A DNA stretch of 64,000 nt from Hyphomicrobiales bacterium (lineage in GTDB: Bacteria > Pseudomonadota > Alphaproteobacteria > Rhizobiales > Aestuariivirgaceae). This document shows positions 37,347 through 48,627 of this stretch, in pieces. Under the pieces are notes generated by a model, which saw only the letters and a list, made by a program, of their open reading frames with translations, searched no databases and was not told the origin of the DNA. The first letter of the stretch is position 1. Every line of letters starts with the position of its first letter. The DNA lies in assembly GCA_031431295.1 (NCBI GenBank), contig JANPDD010000153.1, forward strand, positions 8,151 through 72,150. Direction: 5' to 3'. The translations under genes were made by a program, and so were the position numbers.

Positions 37347-38318
37347 CTAAAGCCCGCGACCGATCCCGAGAAATTTCTCGCGGCGCTGGGTGCGCAACAC
37401 ATCTCCAGAGACGCCTTCGAGGGCTTGCAACGCCCTTGCAATGGCTTCGCCGCCCTCGGCGATAGCCTGTTCCGGCTTGCGGTGGGCGCCACCAAGAGGT
37501 TCCTGCACGATCTCGTCAATGACGCCGAGTTTCTTCAGGTCCTGGGCCGTGATCTTGAGAGCGGAGGCCGCATCCTTGGCCCGGGCGGGATCGCGCCACA
37601 GGATCGATGCGGCACCTTCAGGCGAAATGACACTGTAGATTGCGTGCTCCAGCATCAAAACCGAATTTCCCGTGGCGATGGCAATGGCGCCACCGGAACC
37701 GCCCTCCCCGATGATCAGCGAAATCAGCGGCACGCCAAGCGACAGGCAGCAATCCGTGGAGCGTGCAATGGCTTCGGCCTGGCCGCGCTCTTCCGCCTCA
37801 ACACCGGGATAGGCACCGGATGTATCAACAAGTGTGATGACAGGGAGGCCAAAACGGTCCGCCATTTCCATCAGTCGCACGGCCTTGCGGTAGCCTTCGG
37901 GTTTGGCCATTCCCCAGTTGTGTTTCAACCTGCTGTGGGTGTCACTGCCCTTTTCCTGACCGATCACCACGACGCCACGGCTGCGGAAACGGCCAAGGCC
38001 ACCGACAATCGCCTCGTCTTCGGCAAATTTCCGGTCGCCTGCCAGGGGCACAAAGTCGCTGATGAGTGCCTTGATGTAGTCGAGTGCATGGGGCCGTTCG
38101 GGGTGGCGGGCAACCTGTTGCTTGTGCCAAGGCTCAAGGTTGGCATAGAGGTCAGCCAGAATCCTCGCGGCCTTTTTCTCGAGCGACTTCACATCATCGG
38201 CAATTGATACCGAGGCATCGCCCTGGGCAAGGGCCCGCAACTCGGCAATTTTCCCCTCCAGTTCGGCGAGGGGGGCCTCAAAATCCAGGAATGCCTGCAA
38301 GATCAACCTCGAAACCAA
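37347..38318 (-). CDS. accA: Acetyl-CoA carboxylase carboxyltransferase alpha subunit
   Basis: 323 aa. [38 protein letters not shown] motifs. Confidence 0.96.
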   Translation of the reverse strand: MVSRLILQAFLDFEAPLAELEGKIAELRALAQGDASVSIADDVKSLEKKAARILADLYANLEPWHKQQVARHPERPHALDYIKALISDFVPLAGDRKFAEDEAIVGGLGRFRSRGVVVIGQEKGSDTHSRLKHNWGMAKPEGYRKAVRLMEMADRFGLPVITLVDTSGAYPGVEAEERGQAEAIARSTDCCLSLGVPLISLIIGEGGSGGAIAIATGNSVLMLEHAIYSVISPEGAASILWRDPARAKDAASALKITAQDLKKLGVIDEIVQEPLGGAHRKPEQAIAEGGEAIARALQALEGVSGDVLRTQRREKFLGIGRGL

Positions 38319-38370
38319 TTCTGGACCTGTTACTGACGGGCAGGCATTCGAATGTCAACTTTGTCGAATG

Positions 38371-39420
38371 TCAACGGCGTTTCCGGGTGCGGCCTTTTTG
38401 AACAGCAGGGCCATCGGAGTGGCGTGACCCTGACCGTTGAGACAGGGAATTTTTCGAGAGGGGATGATAGGTTTCAACGGCCGCCATCAGACGTTCACCC
38501 TGGACATGGGTGTAGATCTGCGTTGTTGAAATGTCGGCGTGACCCAACATCTGCTGCACCGCTCGCAGGTCCGCGCCATGATTGAGAAGTGCAGTGGCAA
38601 AGCCGTGCCGCAAGACGTGCGGTGAAATGCTGGCCGGTGAAAGCCCGGCGCGCGCGGCAAGTGCCTTCAACTCAATGGCGAAATGCTGGCGTGTGAGTGC
38701 GCCTGATTTTCCATGGGATGGAAAGGCCCAGGGGTTCTGTGTCTCTGTCCTGCTGGCACGCAACAACAGATAGTCATCAATGACGGCGCGGGCCGCCGCC
38801 GACAGGGGGACGATCCGTTCCCGCCCGCCCTTGCCCTTGATCGTCAGCATGTCGCGTTCAGCGGCCAGTTGGCGGCAGGTCAAGCCGACGAGTTCGGACA
38901 CGCGCAATCCGGTTGCCGAAAGCAGGGTCACGAGGCAGTGGCGTCGCCAAGCCTTGAAGGCCTTTCTGGCGTTGCTGCCCCTTGCTTCTGCGGAAGCAGT
39001 CTTGATCAGTGAGGCAATACCAGCGGCAGACAGCGTCCGTGGCAGGGCCCGATCAAGTCTTGGCCCTTCGACAATGAGTGCGGGGTTCTCGCTGCTGATG
39101 CCTTCGCTCAGGAGAAAGCCATGGAACTGGCGGATGGCAGAAAGCCGTCTCGCCTGGGTCCGCGCCGCCAGCCCATGGGCCTCAAGCCTTTCGAGGTAGC
39201 TGCGAATATGCTGGGTGCTGGCGTACGGCGGGCTTGCACCATTGGCGGCGAGACTGGCCGCATAGTCGGCAAGGTCACGGCCATAGGCGAGGAGGGAATT
39301 TTTCGCGGCCCCCCGTTCAGCTGCCATCATTTCCAGGAAACGGCCAATCAGATGGTTTTGGCGGTTTTGGCGGTCCTTGCGGCCCGGGGCTTGTGCACTA
39401 GTCCTGTCGGAGTTTCTCAT
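38371..39420 (-). CDS. xerD: Site-specific tyrosine recombinase XerD
   Basis: 349 aa. FLEMMAAERGAAKNSLLAYGRDL N-terminal SAM-like domain. Catalytic HVLRHGFATALLNHGADLRAVQQMLGHADISTTQIYTHV. Confidence 0.9.
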   Translation of the reverse strand: MRNSDRTSAQAPGRKDRQNRQNHLIGRFLEMMAAERGAAKNSLLAYGRDLADYAASLAANGASPPYASTQHIRSYLERLEAHGLAARTQARRLSAIRQFHGFLLSEGISSENPALIVEGPRLDRALPRTLSAAGIASLIKTASAEARGSNARKAFKAWRRHCLVTLLSATGLRVSELVGLTCRQLAAERDMLTIKGKGGRERIVPLSAAARAVIDDYLLLRASRTETQNPWAFPSHGKSGALTRQHFAIELKALAARAGLSPASISPHVLRHGFATALLNHGADLRAVQQMLGHADISTTQIYTHVQGERLMAAVETYHPLSKNSLSQRSGSRHSDGPAVQKGRTRKRR

Positions 39421-39752
39421 GGGGCAGCGGCCGGATCACATCGGATTGTTCAGGCGGGAATGTTGCCAAGGCCAAGGCCCCGCCATAGACGGCTCCAGCA
39501 ATGGCTGAGACGACAATGATAAATTTCAGAAAATCGGGAATCACGTGATCAGTTTACAATTTTGGGAATTCATGCCCGCGCAACGCATTTTGACAGAAAG
39601 AAACTTGCCATGCACCAAAAAACTCTCAGCACTAATTCTCCGGCCCGAAAGGGCGGGTTTTCCGGTTTGCCGTGCGGGCGGCATGCCGGTGTGCGTTTGC
39701 ACCTCAATGTTTCAATCCGTCGGGAATATGCTGTAGAAGCCCACATCCTGAC

Positions 39753-40388
39753 ATGGCAAAACGCTCCACCAGCAAAGAACTTGAACTTGCCAAAGCCTCC
39801 CTGCGCGGCCGGGCAATCGTTCTTGTGGGACTGATGGGGGCTGGAAAAACAAGCATTGGCCGCAGGCTTGCCGACAAACTGGGGCTCAAATTTGTCGATG
39901 CTGACCACGAGATCGAGGCAGCGGCGGGAAAGACAATTGCCGATATATTCACTGAGCATGGCGAAAGCTACTTCCGGGACGGGGAACGCAAGGTGATCGC
40001 GCGGCTGATGGATGACGGCGAACAGGTTTTGGCAACGGGCGGTGGTGCCCTCATGAATGCGGAGACGCGTACGCGGATCAAGACGGGCGGCATTTCCGTG
40101 TGGCTCAGGGCCGACATTGACCTGCTGATGAAACGGGTGATGAAGCGCAATGACCGGCCGCTGTTGCGCGGCGACGACCCGGAAGCCGTGATGCGCCGTC
40201 TCATGACCGAGCGCCATCCCGTTTATGCGCAAGCCGATATCACGGTTGAAAGCCGTGACGTGCAACACATGCAGATGGTGAATGACGTCATCCGCGCCCT
40301 TGCCCATTTTGGTAACGGGACTGAGCAGGATGCGGCGATGGTGCCGGTCGGGGACAAGGTCTGGGACAAGGTCGGGGACAACACATGA
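39753..40388 (+). CDS. aroK: Shikimate kinase
   Basis: Internal ATG (MAKRSTSKE) of track ORF 39672-40388. P-loop LVGLMGAGKTSIGRRLA. FRDGERKVI motif. Confidence 0.9.
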   Translation: MAKRSTSKELELAKASLRGRAIVLVGLMGAGKTSIGRRLADKLGLKFVDADHEIEAAAGKTIADIFTEHGESYFRDGERKVIARLMDDGEQVLATGGGALMNAETRTRIKTGGISVWLRADIDLLMKRVMKRNDRPLLRGDDPEAVMRRLMTERHPVYAQADITVESRDVQHMQMVNDVIRALAHFGNGTEQDAAMVPVGDKVWDKVGDNT

Positions 40389-41503
40389 GCACCATCCGCA
40401 CGCTGGGTGTCGCCCTTGGGTCCCGTTCCTACGACATCATGATTGGTGAAAATCTGCTGTCGCAGGCAGGACGTCTGCTGCAGCCGCATCTGCGGCGGCC
40501 CTACACGGCCATCGTCACGGACGAAAACGTGGCCCGGCACCACCTCGCGGCGTTTCAAGCAGCGCTGAGTGCCGCTGGTGTTGAGAGTGAAGCGATCGTG
40601 TTGCCTGCGGGCGAAGGAACCAAGAGCTATGCAGCCCTTGCCGATCTCTGCGAGAAACTTCTGGCGCTTGGCATTGAGCGCCGCGATTGCATTGTGGCGT
40701 TTGGCGGCGGGGTGATCGGCGACCTTGCAGGATTTGCCGCCGCCATTTTGCGGCGCGGGGTCAACTTCGTGCAGATTCCCACGACGTTGCTGGCGCAAGT
40801 CGATTCTTCTGTCGGTGGCAAGACCGGCATCAACTCGGCCCATGGCAAGAATCTGATCGGGGCCTTCCACCAGCCGCAGTTGGTCATTGCAGATCTGACA
40901 CTGCTCAAGACCTTGCCGGCCCGCGAACTGGCAGCAGGCTATGCGGAAGTGGCGAAATACGGATTGCTCGGCGACCTTGCCTTTTTCGAGTGGCTTGAGG
41001 GCCATGTGGACAAGGTCATGGCCTGCGACATGGCAGCGATCGCCCACGCCGTTGACGTGAGCTGTGCCGCAAAAGCCCGCATTGTCGCGGAAGATGAAAC
41101 GGAAACCGGTGTCAGGGCGCTGCTCAATCTCGGGCATACCTTTGGCCACGCGCTGGAAGCGGGTGCTGGCTATTCGTCGCGGCTTCTGCACGGTGAGGCC
41201 GTGGCCATCGGCATGGTGCTGGCATTCCGCTATTCGGAAAAAATGGAACTCTGTGCGCCACAGACGGCGGCACGGGTGGCGTCGCATTTGAAGCGCGCGG
41301 GCCTTCCCACCCATGTGAGCCAAATCAGCGGGCCGCTGCCTTCCCCGGCAGGCCTGCTTGCGCTCATGCGCCAGGACAAGAAAGCGGTTGCGGGCAAACT
41401 CACGTTCATACTGGCGCGCAGGATTGGGGAGGCATTTGTTGCAAGTGACGTTGCCGATACGGACGTCCTGTCATTTCTGGAGGAGGATGTTAAATCACGA
41501 TGA
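40385..41503 (+). CDS. aroB: 3-dehydroquinate synthase
   Basis: 372 aa. FGGGVIGDLAGFAAA, VDSSVGGKTGIN, GHTFGHALE motifs. ATGA overlap with aroK. Confidence 0.95.
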   Translation: MSTIRTLGVALGSRSYDIMIGENLLSQAGRLLQPHLRRPYTAIVTDENVARHHLAAFQAALSAAGVESEAIVLPAGEGTKSYAALADLCEKLLALGIERRDCIVAFGGGVIGDLAGFAAAILRRGVNFVQIPTTLLAQVDSSVGGKTGINSAHGKNLIGAFHQPQLVIADLTLLKTLPARELAAGYAEVAKYGLLGDLAFFEWLEGHVDKVMACDMAAIAHAVDVSCAAKARIVAEDETETGVRALLNLGHTFGHALEAGAGYSSRLLHGEAVAIGMVLAFRYSEKMELCAPQTAARVASHLKRAGLPTHVSQISGPLPSPAGLLALMRQDKKAVAGKLTFILARRIGEAFVASDVADTDVLSFLEEDVKSR

Positions 41504-42801
41504 ACGCCGAAATTGGATATGCGGTGGCCCTGATCGCCTGCCTGATCATCATCTCCGCGTTTTTCTCAGGGGCTGAAACAGGTCTGACCGCGGCCTCGCG
41601 TGCAAGGCTCACCGAAATGGAACGGCGCGGCAGCTCACGGGCCAAATCAGCCCTCAAGCTTCTGGAAATGCCGGAGCGGCTGATCGGTTCGCTGTTGCTG
41701 GGAAACAACGTGGCCAACATCACGGCGTCCGCCCTGGCAACGGCGGCCCTCATCAAGGTCTTCGGGGACAGTGGCGCTGTCATTGCCTCGGCGGCGATGA
41801 CGGTGCTGATCCTGATTTTTGCCGAGGTCATGCCCAAGACCTATGCCATCACCTATCCCGAGCGGGTGGCGACGGCGGTGGCACCGCTCATGCGAATTAT
41901 TGCCGCCATTCTCGGACCTGTTGTTCTTGCAGTTGAATTCATCGTCAAGACAACCCTCAAGGTGTTTGGCGCCAACATCGACGACAACGCCAACGTGCTG
42001 TCCGCCCATGACGAATTGCGCGGCGCCATCGACCTTCACCACAAGGAGGATTCGCTGGTCAAGAAAGACAAGGACATGCTGGGCGGCATCCTTGATCTCA
42101 AGGATCTTGAGGTCGCCGATGTCATGATCCACCGCACAAAGATGGTGACACTCAATGCCGGTGAACCGGTGAATGCCATCATCGCGGAAATGTTGAAAAG
42201 CGGCCACACGCGCATTCCCGTGTGGAAGGAAAAGCCCGACAACATCATCGGTGTGCTGCATGCGAGGACGCTGTTTGCGGCAGTGCAGAAGGCCGAAGGT
42301 GATGTCGCGAAGGTGAAGCTCGAAGACATCCTGTCCGACCCCTGGTTTGTGCCGGACACACGGCCACTCGAAGACCAGCTCAACGCCTTCCTCAGGCGGA
42401 AAGCGCATTTTGCCATTGTGGTGGATGAGTATGGCGAAGTGCAGGGGCTGCTGACGCTGGAAGACATCATTGAAGAGATTGTGGGTGACATCAAGGACGA
42501 GTTTGACGCCGTGCAGACTGGCGTGCGCAAGTCCAAGGACGGCTCGCTCATCATTGATGGGGCTGTGCCGCTGCGCGATCTCAACCGGTCATTTGACTGG
42601 AGCCTTCCGGATGAGGAGGCAACCACGCTCGCGGGCCTTGTGATCCATGAGGCGCGGATGATCCCGGCGGTGGGCCAGATCTTCAATTTTCACGGTTTCC
42701 GGCTGGAAGTGTTGAAAAAGAAGCGCCAGCAGCTCACATCGATCCGTGTGACGCGGCTTGAGTTGCCCGAAGCGCCGTCAGGTGCGGATAAAAGCGGTTA
42801 G
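41500..42801 (+). CDS. HlyC/CorC-family transporter (DUF21 + CBS pair + CorC_HlyC)
   Basis: 433 aa. N-terminal TM DUF21, CBS pair region and C-terminal transporter-associated domain. Confidence 0.88.
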   Translation: MNAEIGYAVALIACLIIISAFFSGAETGLTAASRARLTEMERRGSSRAKSALKLLEMPERLIGSLLLGNNVANITASALATAALIKVFGDSGAVIASAAMTVLILIFAEVMPKTYAITYPERVATAVAPLMRIIAAILGPVVLAVEFIVKTTLKVFGANIDDNANVLSAHDELRGAIDLHHKEDSLVKKDKDMLGGILDLKDLEVADVMIHRTKMVTLNAGEPVNAIIAEMLKSGHTRIPVWKEKPDNIIGVLHARTLFAAVQKAEGDVAKVKLEDILSDPWFVPDTRPLEDQLNAFLRRKAHFAIVVDEYGEVQGLLTLEDIIEEIVGDIKDEFDAVQTGVRKSKDGSLIIDGAVPLRDLNRSFDWSLPDEEATTLAGLVIHEARMIPAVGQIFNFHGFRLEVLKKKRQQLTSIRVTRLELPEAPSGADKSG

Positions 42802-43085
42802 CCCGCTTCCTTGCCTGCGGGGATCACTTCGATTGCCAGGGCGTGGACGCGGCCAGCCAGTTCGGCGGCAAGCGCTGCATGGATGGCCCGATGCTGGGCC
42901 AGGCGGGTCAGTCCCAGGAGGGAGCTGGCCCTGATCCTGACGCGGAAGTGGCTTTCGCCAGCCGGGCTGGCGCCCGCATGGCCACGGTGCAGGTGGCTTT
43001 CATCGATCACCTCGAGGTGGTCCGGTGCCAGTGCGTCATTGAGTTTTTGCACAATGGTTTTGCCAACCGGGCCCAAATCCGCCAT
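42798..43085 (-). CDS. BolA-family protein
   Basis: 95 aa. LEVIDESHLHRGHAG...HFRVRI...HRAIHAAL motif set. Confidence 0.88.
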   Translation of the reverse strand: MADLGPVGKTIVQKLNDALAPDHLEVIDESHLHRGHAGASPAGESHFRVRIRASSLLGLTRLAQHRAIHAALAAELAGRVHALAIEVIPAGKEAG

Positions 43086-43139
43086 AAGTCATTCCCCTAA
43101 ATTCTTGAAGCCGCGTGATGCAGCTACCATAATTGAATC

Positions 43140-43739
43140 ATGAAGCTCGACTCAAAATATTTCGACAAAATCAGGGTGAAACCCCGCGGTGCCAAGCCTG
43201 AACCCAAGGCGGAACAGGCTTGCGAATGGCCGGGCTGCGACAAGCCAGCCCGTCACAAGGCGCCGAAGGGGCGCACTGCAGAAGGCCAGTTCCACCACTA
43301 CTGCACCGCCCATGTGCAGGAGTACAACAAGACATACAATTATTTCGCCGGCCTCGCACCTGACAGCATCTCCGACTACCAGCGGGCAGCGCAACTGGGC
43401 GATCGTCCCACCTGGAAGCTTGGTCAGAACGCCCATGCCAATGCCGGGGCCACACGCGGGACTGCGCGGCGCTATGCCGACCCGCTCGAAATTCTGGGCA
43501 AGGCAGCGCGCAAGGCGGCTGAACAAAAGCTCGGTCGAGCCTTGCGCAAGAATGAGCTCCATGCCCTGCAGACGCTCGGTCTTGATGAAAATGCAACACC
43601 GCAGGACGCCAAGACCAAATACAAGCTGCTGGTGAAGCGGCTGCACCCCGATGCCAATGCAGGAAGCCGCGCCAACGAGGATACCTTGAAGGCGGTGATC
43701 CACGCTTACGACACTTTGAGGGCCAGCGGCTTCTGCTGA
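43140..43739 (+). CDS. J-domain (DnaJ-like) protein
   Basis: 199 aa. C-terminal J domain with KTKYKLLVKRLHPDAN (HPD motif). Conserved neighbour of cobS in alphaproteobacteria. Confidence 0.85.
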   Translation: MKLDSKYFDKIRVKPRGAKPEPKAEQACEWPGCDKPARHKAPKGRTAEGQFHHYCTAHVQEYNKTYNYFAGLAPDSISDYQRAAQLGDRPTWKLGQNAHANAGATRGTARRYADPLEILGKAARKAAEQKLGRALRKNELHALQTLGLDENATPQDAKTKYKLLVKRLHPDANAGSRANEDTLKAVIHAYDTLRASGFC

Positions 43740-43836
43740 CTTGCCCGAAGCCCGGCAAAAGATTACAAGCAACGATCCCCTGAATGAGTGACGGATCAAT
43801 CGGGCCTTGACCGGCCCCGTGACAGAGTGAGTTGAG

Positions 43837-44829
43837 ATGACCTTGAAGGCCAATGGTGCAGTGCCGGGCGCGCCCGAGATACTGATTTCGGTTTCGCAGC
43901 TGTTCGGATTTCATTCGAACATGCAGGTTCCCGCCTTTGCCGATAAATCCGAGCATGTGCCCGACCTCGATCCGGACTACCTGTTCAACCGGGAAACGAC
44001 ACTCGCTATTCTTGCAGGCTTTGCCCATAACCGCCGTGTCATGGTCGCGGGCTATCATGGCACCGGCAAATCAACCCACATCGAGCAGGTGGCGGCGCGC
44101 CTCAATTGGCCCTGCATCCGCATCAACCTCGACAGCCACATCAGCCGCATTGACCTGATCGGCAAGGACGCGATCGTTCTCAAGGACGGCAAGCAGATCA
44201 CCGAATTCCGCGAGGGCATCCTGCCCTGGGCCTATCAGCACAATGTGGCACTGGTGTTTGATGAATATGACGCGGGCCGGCCTGACGTCATGTTCGTGAT
44301 CCAGCGCATCCTCGAATCATCGGGCAAGCTGACACTGCTGGACCAGAGCCGGGTCATTCGCCCGCACCCGGCCTTCAGGCTTTTTGCCACCGCCAACACG
44401 GTGGGCCTCGGCGATACCACGGGCCTCTATCACGGCACCCAGCAAATCAACCAGGCGCAGATGGACCGCTGGTCGATTGTGACGGCACTCAACTACCTGC
44501 CGCACGCCCAGGAAGTCGGCATCGTGCTGGCGAAATGCAAGAGCTTTGACACCGACAAGGGCCGCAAGATCCTCGCCAACATGGTGCGGGTTGCCGATCT
44601 CACGCGCAATGCCTTCATGCAGGGCGATGTTTCAACGGTCATGAGCCCGCGCACGGTGATCACCTGGGCGCAGAATGCCGAGATCTTCGATGGCGATCTG
44701 GGTTACGCCTTCCGGCTCACCTTCCTCAACAAGTGTGATGAGCTCGAGCGGCCCATCGTGGCCGAGTTCTACCAGCGCTGCTTTGGCGAGGAACTGCCGG
44801 AATCAGCGGCGCGCCTCGCCATCGCCTGA
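43837..44829 (+). CDS. cobS: Cobaltochelatase subunit CobS (AAA+ MoxR-like)
   Basis: 330 aa. Walker [25 protein letters not shown] Walker B region. Confidence 0.92.
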   Translation: MTLKANGAVPGAPEILISVSQLFGFHSNMQVPAFADKSEHVPDLDPDYLFNRETTLAILAGFAHNRRVMVAGYHGTGKSTHIEQVAARLNWPCIRINLDSHISRIDLIGKDAIVLKDGKQITEFREGILPWAYQHNVALVFDEYDAGRPDVMFVIQRILESSGKLTLLDQSRVIRPHPAFRLFATANTVGLGDTTGLYHGTQQINQAQMDRWSIVTALNYLPHAQEVGIVLAKCKSFDTDKGRKILANMVRVADLTRNAFMQGDVSTVMSPRTVITWAQNAEIFDGDLGYAFRLTFLNKCDELERPIVAEFYQRCFGEELPESAARLAIA

Positions 44830-44841
44830 CGGTTTGCAGCC

Positions 44842-46719
44842 ATGACGCAAGGCAAGGACGACCGGGCCGAGCGCTTCAAGGGGGTGCTTGGCGCCGCCAT
44901 GAAAACCATGGCGCTTGATCCTGAACTGCATGTGAGTTTCGGCAACGAGCAGCCTGGCCTTTCGGGCCACAAGGCAAGGCTGCCGCAGGTGAACAAGAAC
45001 ACCTCGGCCCGCGACATCGCCATCACGCGGGGGCTGGCAGACAGTTTTGCGTTGCGCCTGTCAAACCATGCGGATGCGATCCACAGCCGCTACTTGCCGC
45101 AGGGCAAGAATGCGCGAGCGGTTTTCGACGCGGTGGAGCAAGCCCGCATCGAAGCCATAGGTGCCAATGCCATGCCGGGTGTCAAACAAAACCTGGCGGT
45201 GATGCTGGACGACAAATATGCCCGCGCCGTCCTGAACCGGGCCCACAGCCGGGGCGACACGCCGCTTGAAGAGGCGGTGGGCCTGATCTTGCGCGAGCGC
45301 TTGACGGGAGAAGCGCCGCCCGCGGCTGCAAAGGCCTATGTCGATCTCTGGCGGCAATGGGTTGAAGAGAAGGCGGCCGGCGAGCTTGACCATCTGAAAG
45401 ACGCGTTGTCTGACCAGCAGGCCTTTGCGCGGCTGTCACGTGAGTTGATCTCGGCCCTCGACATGGCCGATGAGCTTGGCGATGACCCCGACGCCAGCGA
45501 CGAGAATGACGAGCAGGACGCCGCGGAAGACGAGGGCGAGCGCAATGAAACTCCTGAAGGCCAGGAGCAGGACAGCGAATCCGAAGCCGAAAAGATGGAA
45601 AAGGCGGACGGTGAAACCGAATCCTCCGAAATGGAATCCCAGGCCATCGACACAGATGACCAGCCTGACGATGATGAGGCGGAACAAGACAGTGACGGCG
45701 AAGAGCCCTTCCGCCCGCAGCTGCCCTTCTCGTCCAACACGTCAGACGATTTTTACAAGGTTTACGCCCAGATGTTTGATGAAGTGGTGGAGGCGGACGA
45801 TCTTTGCGACGCCGAGGAGCTGACGCGGCTTCGCGCCTATCTCGACAAGCAGTTGTCGAACCTGCAGGGTGTCGTGGCGCGGTTGGCAAACCGCCTGCAG
45901 CGCCGGCTCATGGCGCAACAGAACCGCTCCTGGGAATTCGACCTTGAAGAAGGCATTCTCGACGCGGCCAAGCTGATGCGCGTGGTCATTGATCCCATGC
46001 ATCCCCTGTCCTTCAAGATGGAGAAGGACACGCAGTTCCGCGATACGGTGGTGAGTCTGCTGATTGACAACTCCGGCTCCATGCGCGGGCGGCCCATCAC
46101 CGTTGCCGCAACCTGTGCCGACATTCTGGCGCGAACCCTGGAACGCTGCAGCGTCAAGACGGAAATACTGGGCTTCACCACCAGGGCCTGGAAAGGGGGG
46201 CAGGCGCGGGAAAAATGGCTTGGTGCGGGCAAGCCCGCCAATCCGGGGCGCCTCAACGACCTGCGCCACATCATCTACAAAACTGCGGATGAGCCATGGC
46301 GGCGGGCGCGGAAAAACCTCGGCCTGATGATGCGCGAAGGCCTGCTCAAGGAGAACATCGACGGTGAAGCGCTGATCTGGGCGCACAACAGGCTGCTCGG
46401 CCGCCCGGAGCAGCGCCGCATCATGATGGTGATATCAGACGGCGCGCCGGTTGACGATTCAACCCTGTCGGTCAATTCCGGCAACTACCTTGAGCGCCAC
46501 CTGAGGCAGGTGATCAGCGACATTGAAACGCGCTCGCCCATCGAACTCATCGCGATCGGAATCGGCCACGATGTCACGCGCTATTACAGGCGCGCCGTCA
46601 CCATTGTTGACGCGGAAGAGCTGGGCGGCGCCATGACCGACAAGCTGGCGGAATTGTTCGAGGACAAGGCGACAGCCGGACCAGCGCCACGCATGCCACG
46701 GCGGCGCAGGGCGGCCTGA
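44842..46719 (+). CDS. cobT: Cobaltochelatase subunit CobT (acidic linker + vWA domain)
   Basis: 625 aa. Long D/E-rich linker. v[17 protein letters not shown]. Confidence 0.92.
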   Translation: MTQGKDDRAERFKGVLGAAMKTMALDPELHVSFGNEQPGLSGHKARLPQVNKNTSARDIAITRGLADSFALRLSNHADAIHSRYLPQGKNARAVFDAVEQARIEAIGANAMPGVKQNLAVMLDDKYARAVLNRAHSRGDTPLEEAVGLILRERLTGEAPPAAAKAYVDLWRQWVEEKAAGELDHLKDALSDQQAFARLSRELISALDMADELGDDPDASDENDEQDAAEDEGERNETPEGQEQDSESEAEKMEKADGETESSEMESQAIDTDDQPDDDEAEQDSDGEEPFRPQLPFSSNTSDDFYKVYAQMFDEVVEADDLCDAEELTRLRAYLDKQLSNLQGVVARLANRLQRRLMAQQNRSWEFDLEEGILDAAKLMRVVIDPMHPLSFKMEKDTQFRDTVVSLLIDNSGSMRGRPITVAATCADILARTLERCSVKTEILGFTTRAWKGGQAREKWLGAGKPANPGRLNDLRHIIYKTADEPWRRARKNLGLMMREGLLKENIDGEALIWAHNRLLGRPEQRRIMMVISDGAPVDDSTLSVNSGNYLERHLRQVISDIETRSPIELIAIGIGHDVTRYYRRAVTIVDAEELGGAMTDKLAELFEDKATAGPAPRMPRRRRAA

Positions 46720-46730
46720 GTCGGTGAGCA

Positions 46731-47558
46731 CTATTTTGGTCTGAGCGCAGCAGCGAGACTGGCTTTCGCCGACCCTGGTTTCAGGGGTTGTTGCTGGGAG
46801 GGGTGGGGCTTCCACGCCAGCGCCCAGGCGATCTCAATCGTTGCCGCAACGCGGCCGTCGGCACCGGCATGATTGCGGAGATAGATTTCGGACACCCGCG
46901 CCAGCAGGCGGCGCGAGGTAAAACGTCTGCTGCGGTCCGCCAGCGGATTGGCGAACCCTGAGGCCTTGATCTCGCGCATCAGGGATAAAGCATCGGCATA
47001 GCGCAAGGTCACCCGGTCCATGTCCGCCACGGGGAGCGCCAGACCGGCGCGCTGCAGCAGGCTTCCAGCCTGGCGCAGATCAATCATGGGGGCAACGCGC
47101 GGTGTCACCCCTCCAGTCAATTCGCTCTCCGCGGCAAGCCAGCACTGGCGCAGTTCCGGCAACGTGTCGCCCGCGAAAAACGCAAACAGTGCCAGTCCGT
47201 CAGGGCGCAGGGCCTTTGACACCTGGGCCAGATAACCCGGCACATCATCGATCGTTTGCAGGTCGAGCAGGCTCACAAGGCAATCAAGACTGGCCGGTTC
47301 AAGTTTCAGGTCTGTCTCAATGCCTGGCGGCAACACCTTGATGTTCAAAAACTTTCCGGTGCCTCTCATGACCTCAAGAACGGGATCAGGGCGCACCGCA
47401 ATGAGGCAGGCATCGGAAAATTGATGATTGATGACGGCAAGGCGGTCTTGCAGCTCCTGGGCCATGTGCCGGTCGATGTGGCGGGCAGCCTCACCTGTGG
47501 CGATGTGCTGGCGCCTCAGGTAGACAATACGGTCAAAGATATGGTCAGGTTCCGCCAT
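46731..47558 (-). CDS. Class I SAM-dependent methyltransferase
   Basis: C-terminal 275 aa of track ORF 46731-48371, starting MAEPDHIFDRIVYLRRQ. The upstream part of that ORF is antisense to comF. The ATG shares the CCATGG with the divergent comF start. Confidence 0.8.
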   Translation of the reverse strand: MAEPDHIFDRIVYLRRQHIATGEAARHIDRHMAQELQDRLAVINHQFSDACLIAVRPDPVLEVMRGTGKFLNIKVLPPGIETDLKLEPASLDCLVSLLDLQTIDDVPGYLAQVSKALRPDGLALFAFFAGDTLPELRQCWLAAESELTGGVTPRVAPMIDLRQAGSLLQRAGLALPVADMDRVTLRYADALSLMREIKASGFANPLADRSRRFTSRRLLARVSEIYLRNHAGADGRVAATIEIAWALAWKPHPSQQQPLKPGSAKASLAAALRPK

Positions 47559-48357
47559 GGTGGACGAGCCGATAGCCGAAATCACCCCGCTCAGCCAGCG
47601 CGGCGCTGCGGCATTGCGGGGCTTTTGGCATGGCTTCGTTGACTGGTTGACGCCACCCAAATGCCTGTTCTGCGGCGATGATGTCAGTGTGGGGGCGGGG
47701 CTCTGTCCGGCCTGTTGGCAGAAGCTCCATTTCATCGATGAGCCGGTGTGTGAGGCGCTCGGACTGCCCTTCGAATATGACCAGGGCGAGGGCGCGTTGT
47801 CGCCACAGGCCATTGCTGATCCACCATCCTGGAACCGGGCGCGGGCTGCCGTCGCCTTTGACGAAAGCTCACGGCAGCTCGTGTATCTGCTCAAGTATCG
47901 CGACCGGCAGGAGGCGGGGCTTGCCATGGCGCGCATGATGCTGGGGCCGGGGCGCAAGTTGCTGCAGGACTGTGACGTGATTGTTCCGGTGCCGCTGCAC
48001 AGCTTGCGGCTGTGGCGGCGACGGTTCAACCAGGCGGCATTTCTGGCGCGCGCGTTGGCGGAGCGGGCGGGCAGGCCCTGCGCGCTTGAAACCCTCATGC
48101 GCCACAAAGCCACCCGCCCGCAGGTGGGACTGACGGCGCAGGAGCGTGCAAAAAATGTGCGGCGGGCCTTTGCTGTCGATGCAGATAGACGTGCCACCAT
48201 CGATGGCAAATCAGTCCTGCTGGTGGATGATGTGCGCACCACCGGAGCAACGGCGGGAGCTTGTGCCGAGGCGTTGAAGGAAGCAGGTGCGCGCCAGGTG
48301 GACGTGTTGAGTTTCGCCCTTGTCCTCGAGCCAGCGCGGCTACATATTGACGCGTGA
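47557..48357 (+). CDS. comF: ComF-family phosphoribosyltransferase-like protein
   Basis: 266 aa. N-terminal zinc-finger CLFCG...CPACW. PRTase motif VLLVDDVRTTGATA. Confidence 0.88.
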   Translation: MVDEPIAEITPLSQRGAAALRGFWHGFVDWLTPPKCLFCGDDVSVGAGLCPACWQKLHFIDEPVCEALGLPFEYDQGEGALSPQAIADPPSWNRARAAVAFDESSRQLVYLLKYRDRQEAGLAMARMMLGPGRKLLQDCDVIVPVPLHSLRLWRRRFNQAAFLARALAERAGRPCALETLMRHKATRPQVGLTAQERAKNVRRAFAVDADRRATIDGKSVLLVDDVRTTGATAGACAEALKEAGARQVDVLSFALVLEPARLHIDA

Positions 48358-48369
48358 CAGGTTGATGCC

Positions 48370-48627
48370 ATGCCAAACGTTACGATTTACACCACAGCAA
48401 GTTGCTATTTCTGCCACGTTGCCAAGAACCTTTTGCGCCGGAAGAATATCGCTTTCACGGAGATTGACGTGAGCGGGGACTGGGGTTTGCGCCGCGACAT
48501 GATGAAATTGGCGAACGGCAGGCACGCGGTTCCGCAAATTTTTGTCGGCTCGACCCATGTGGGCGGGAGCCATGAGCTTCAAGCACTTGAATCGCAGGGC
48601 GGGCTTGACCGCCTGCTGGCAGCGTGA
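48370..48627 (+). CDS. grxC: Glutaredoxin 3
   Basis: 85 aa. Active site CYFC. Conserved VPQIFVGSTHVGG. Confidence 0.93.
   Translation: MPNVTIYTTASCYFCHVAKNLLRRKNIAFTEIDVSGDWGLRRDMMKLANGRHAVPQIFVGSTHVGGSHELQALESQGGLDRLLAA

Noticed and set aside
38371-39420. Tyrosine recombinase as the integrase of the pnp-proximal islet
   Set aside because: It has full XerD-type N- and C-terminal motifs and sits in the conserved accA-xerD / aroK-aroB context about 6 kb away, separated by unrelated genes. It is best read as the housekeeping dif recombinase.
40223-41323. 366-aa minus-strand ORF; similar long antisense or alternate-frame ORFs occur at 4858-6306, 13087-13974, 17926-18936, 37425-38207, 53095-54261, 28685-29692, 35828-36610 and 59320-60194
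   Set aside because: All lie opposite to or out of frame with genes that have strong family motifs (aroB, the ThDP enzyme, DUF47/PiT, nusA, accA, ptsP, pnp, the multicopper oxidase, DUF4167). All have Arg/Gly/His/Ala-biased shadow composition.
47559-48371. N-terminal ~270 aa of the 546-aa minus-strand ORF 46731-48371
   Set aside because: This part is antisense to comF (clear zinc-finger and PRTase motifs) and has Ser/Arg/Ala-rich nonsense composition. The methyltransferase-like sequence begins only at the Met at 47558.
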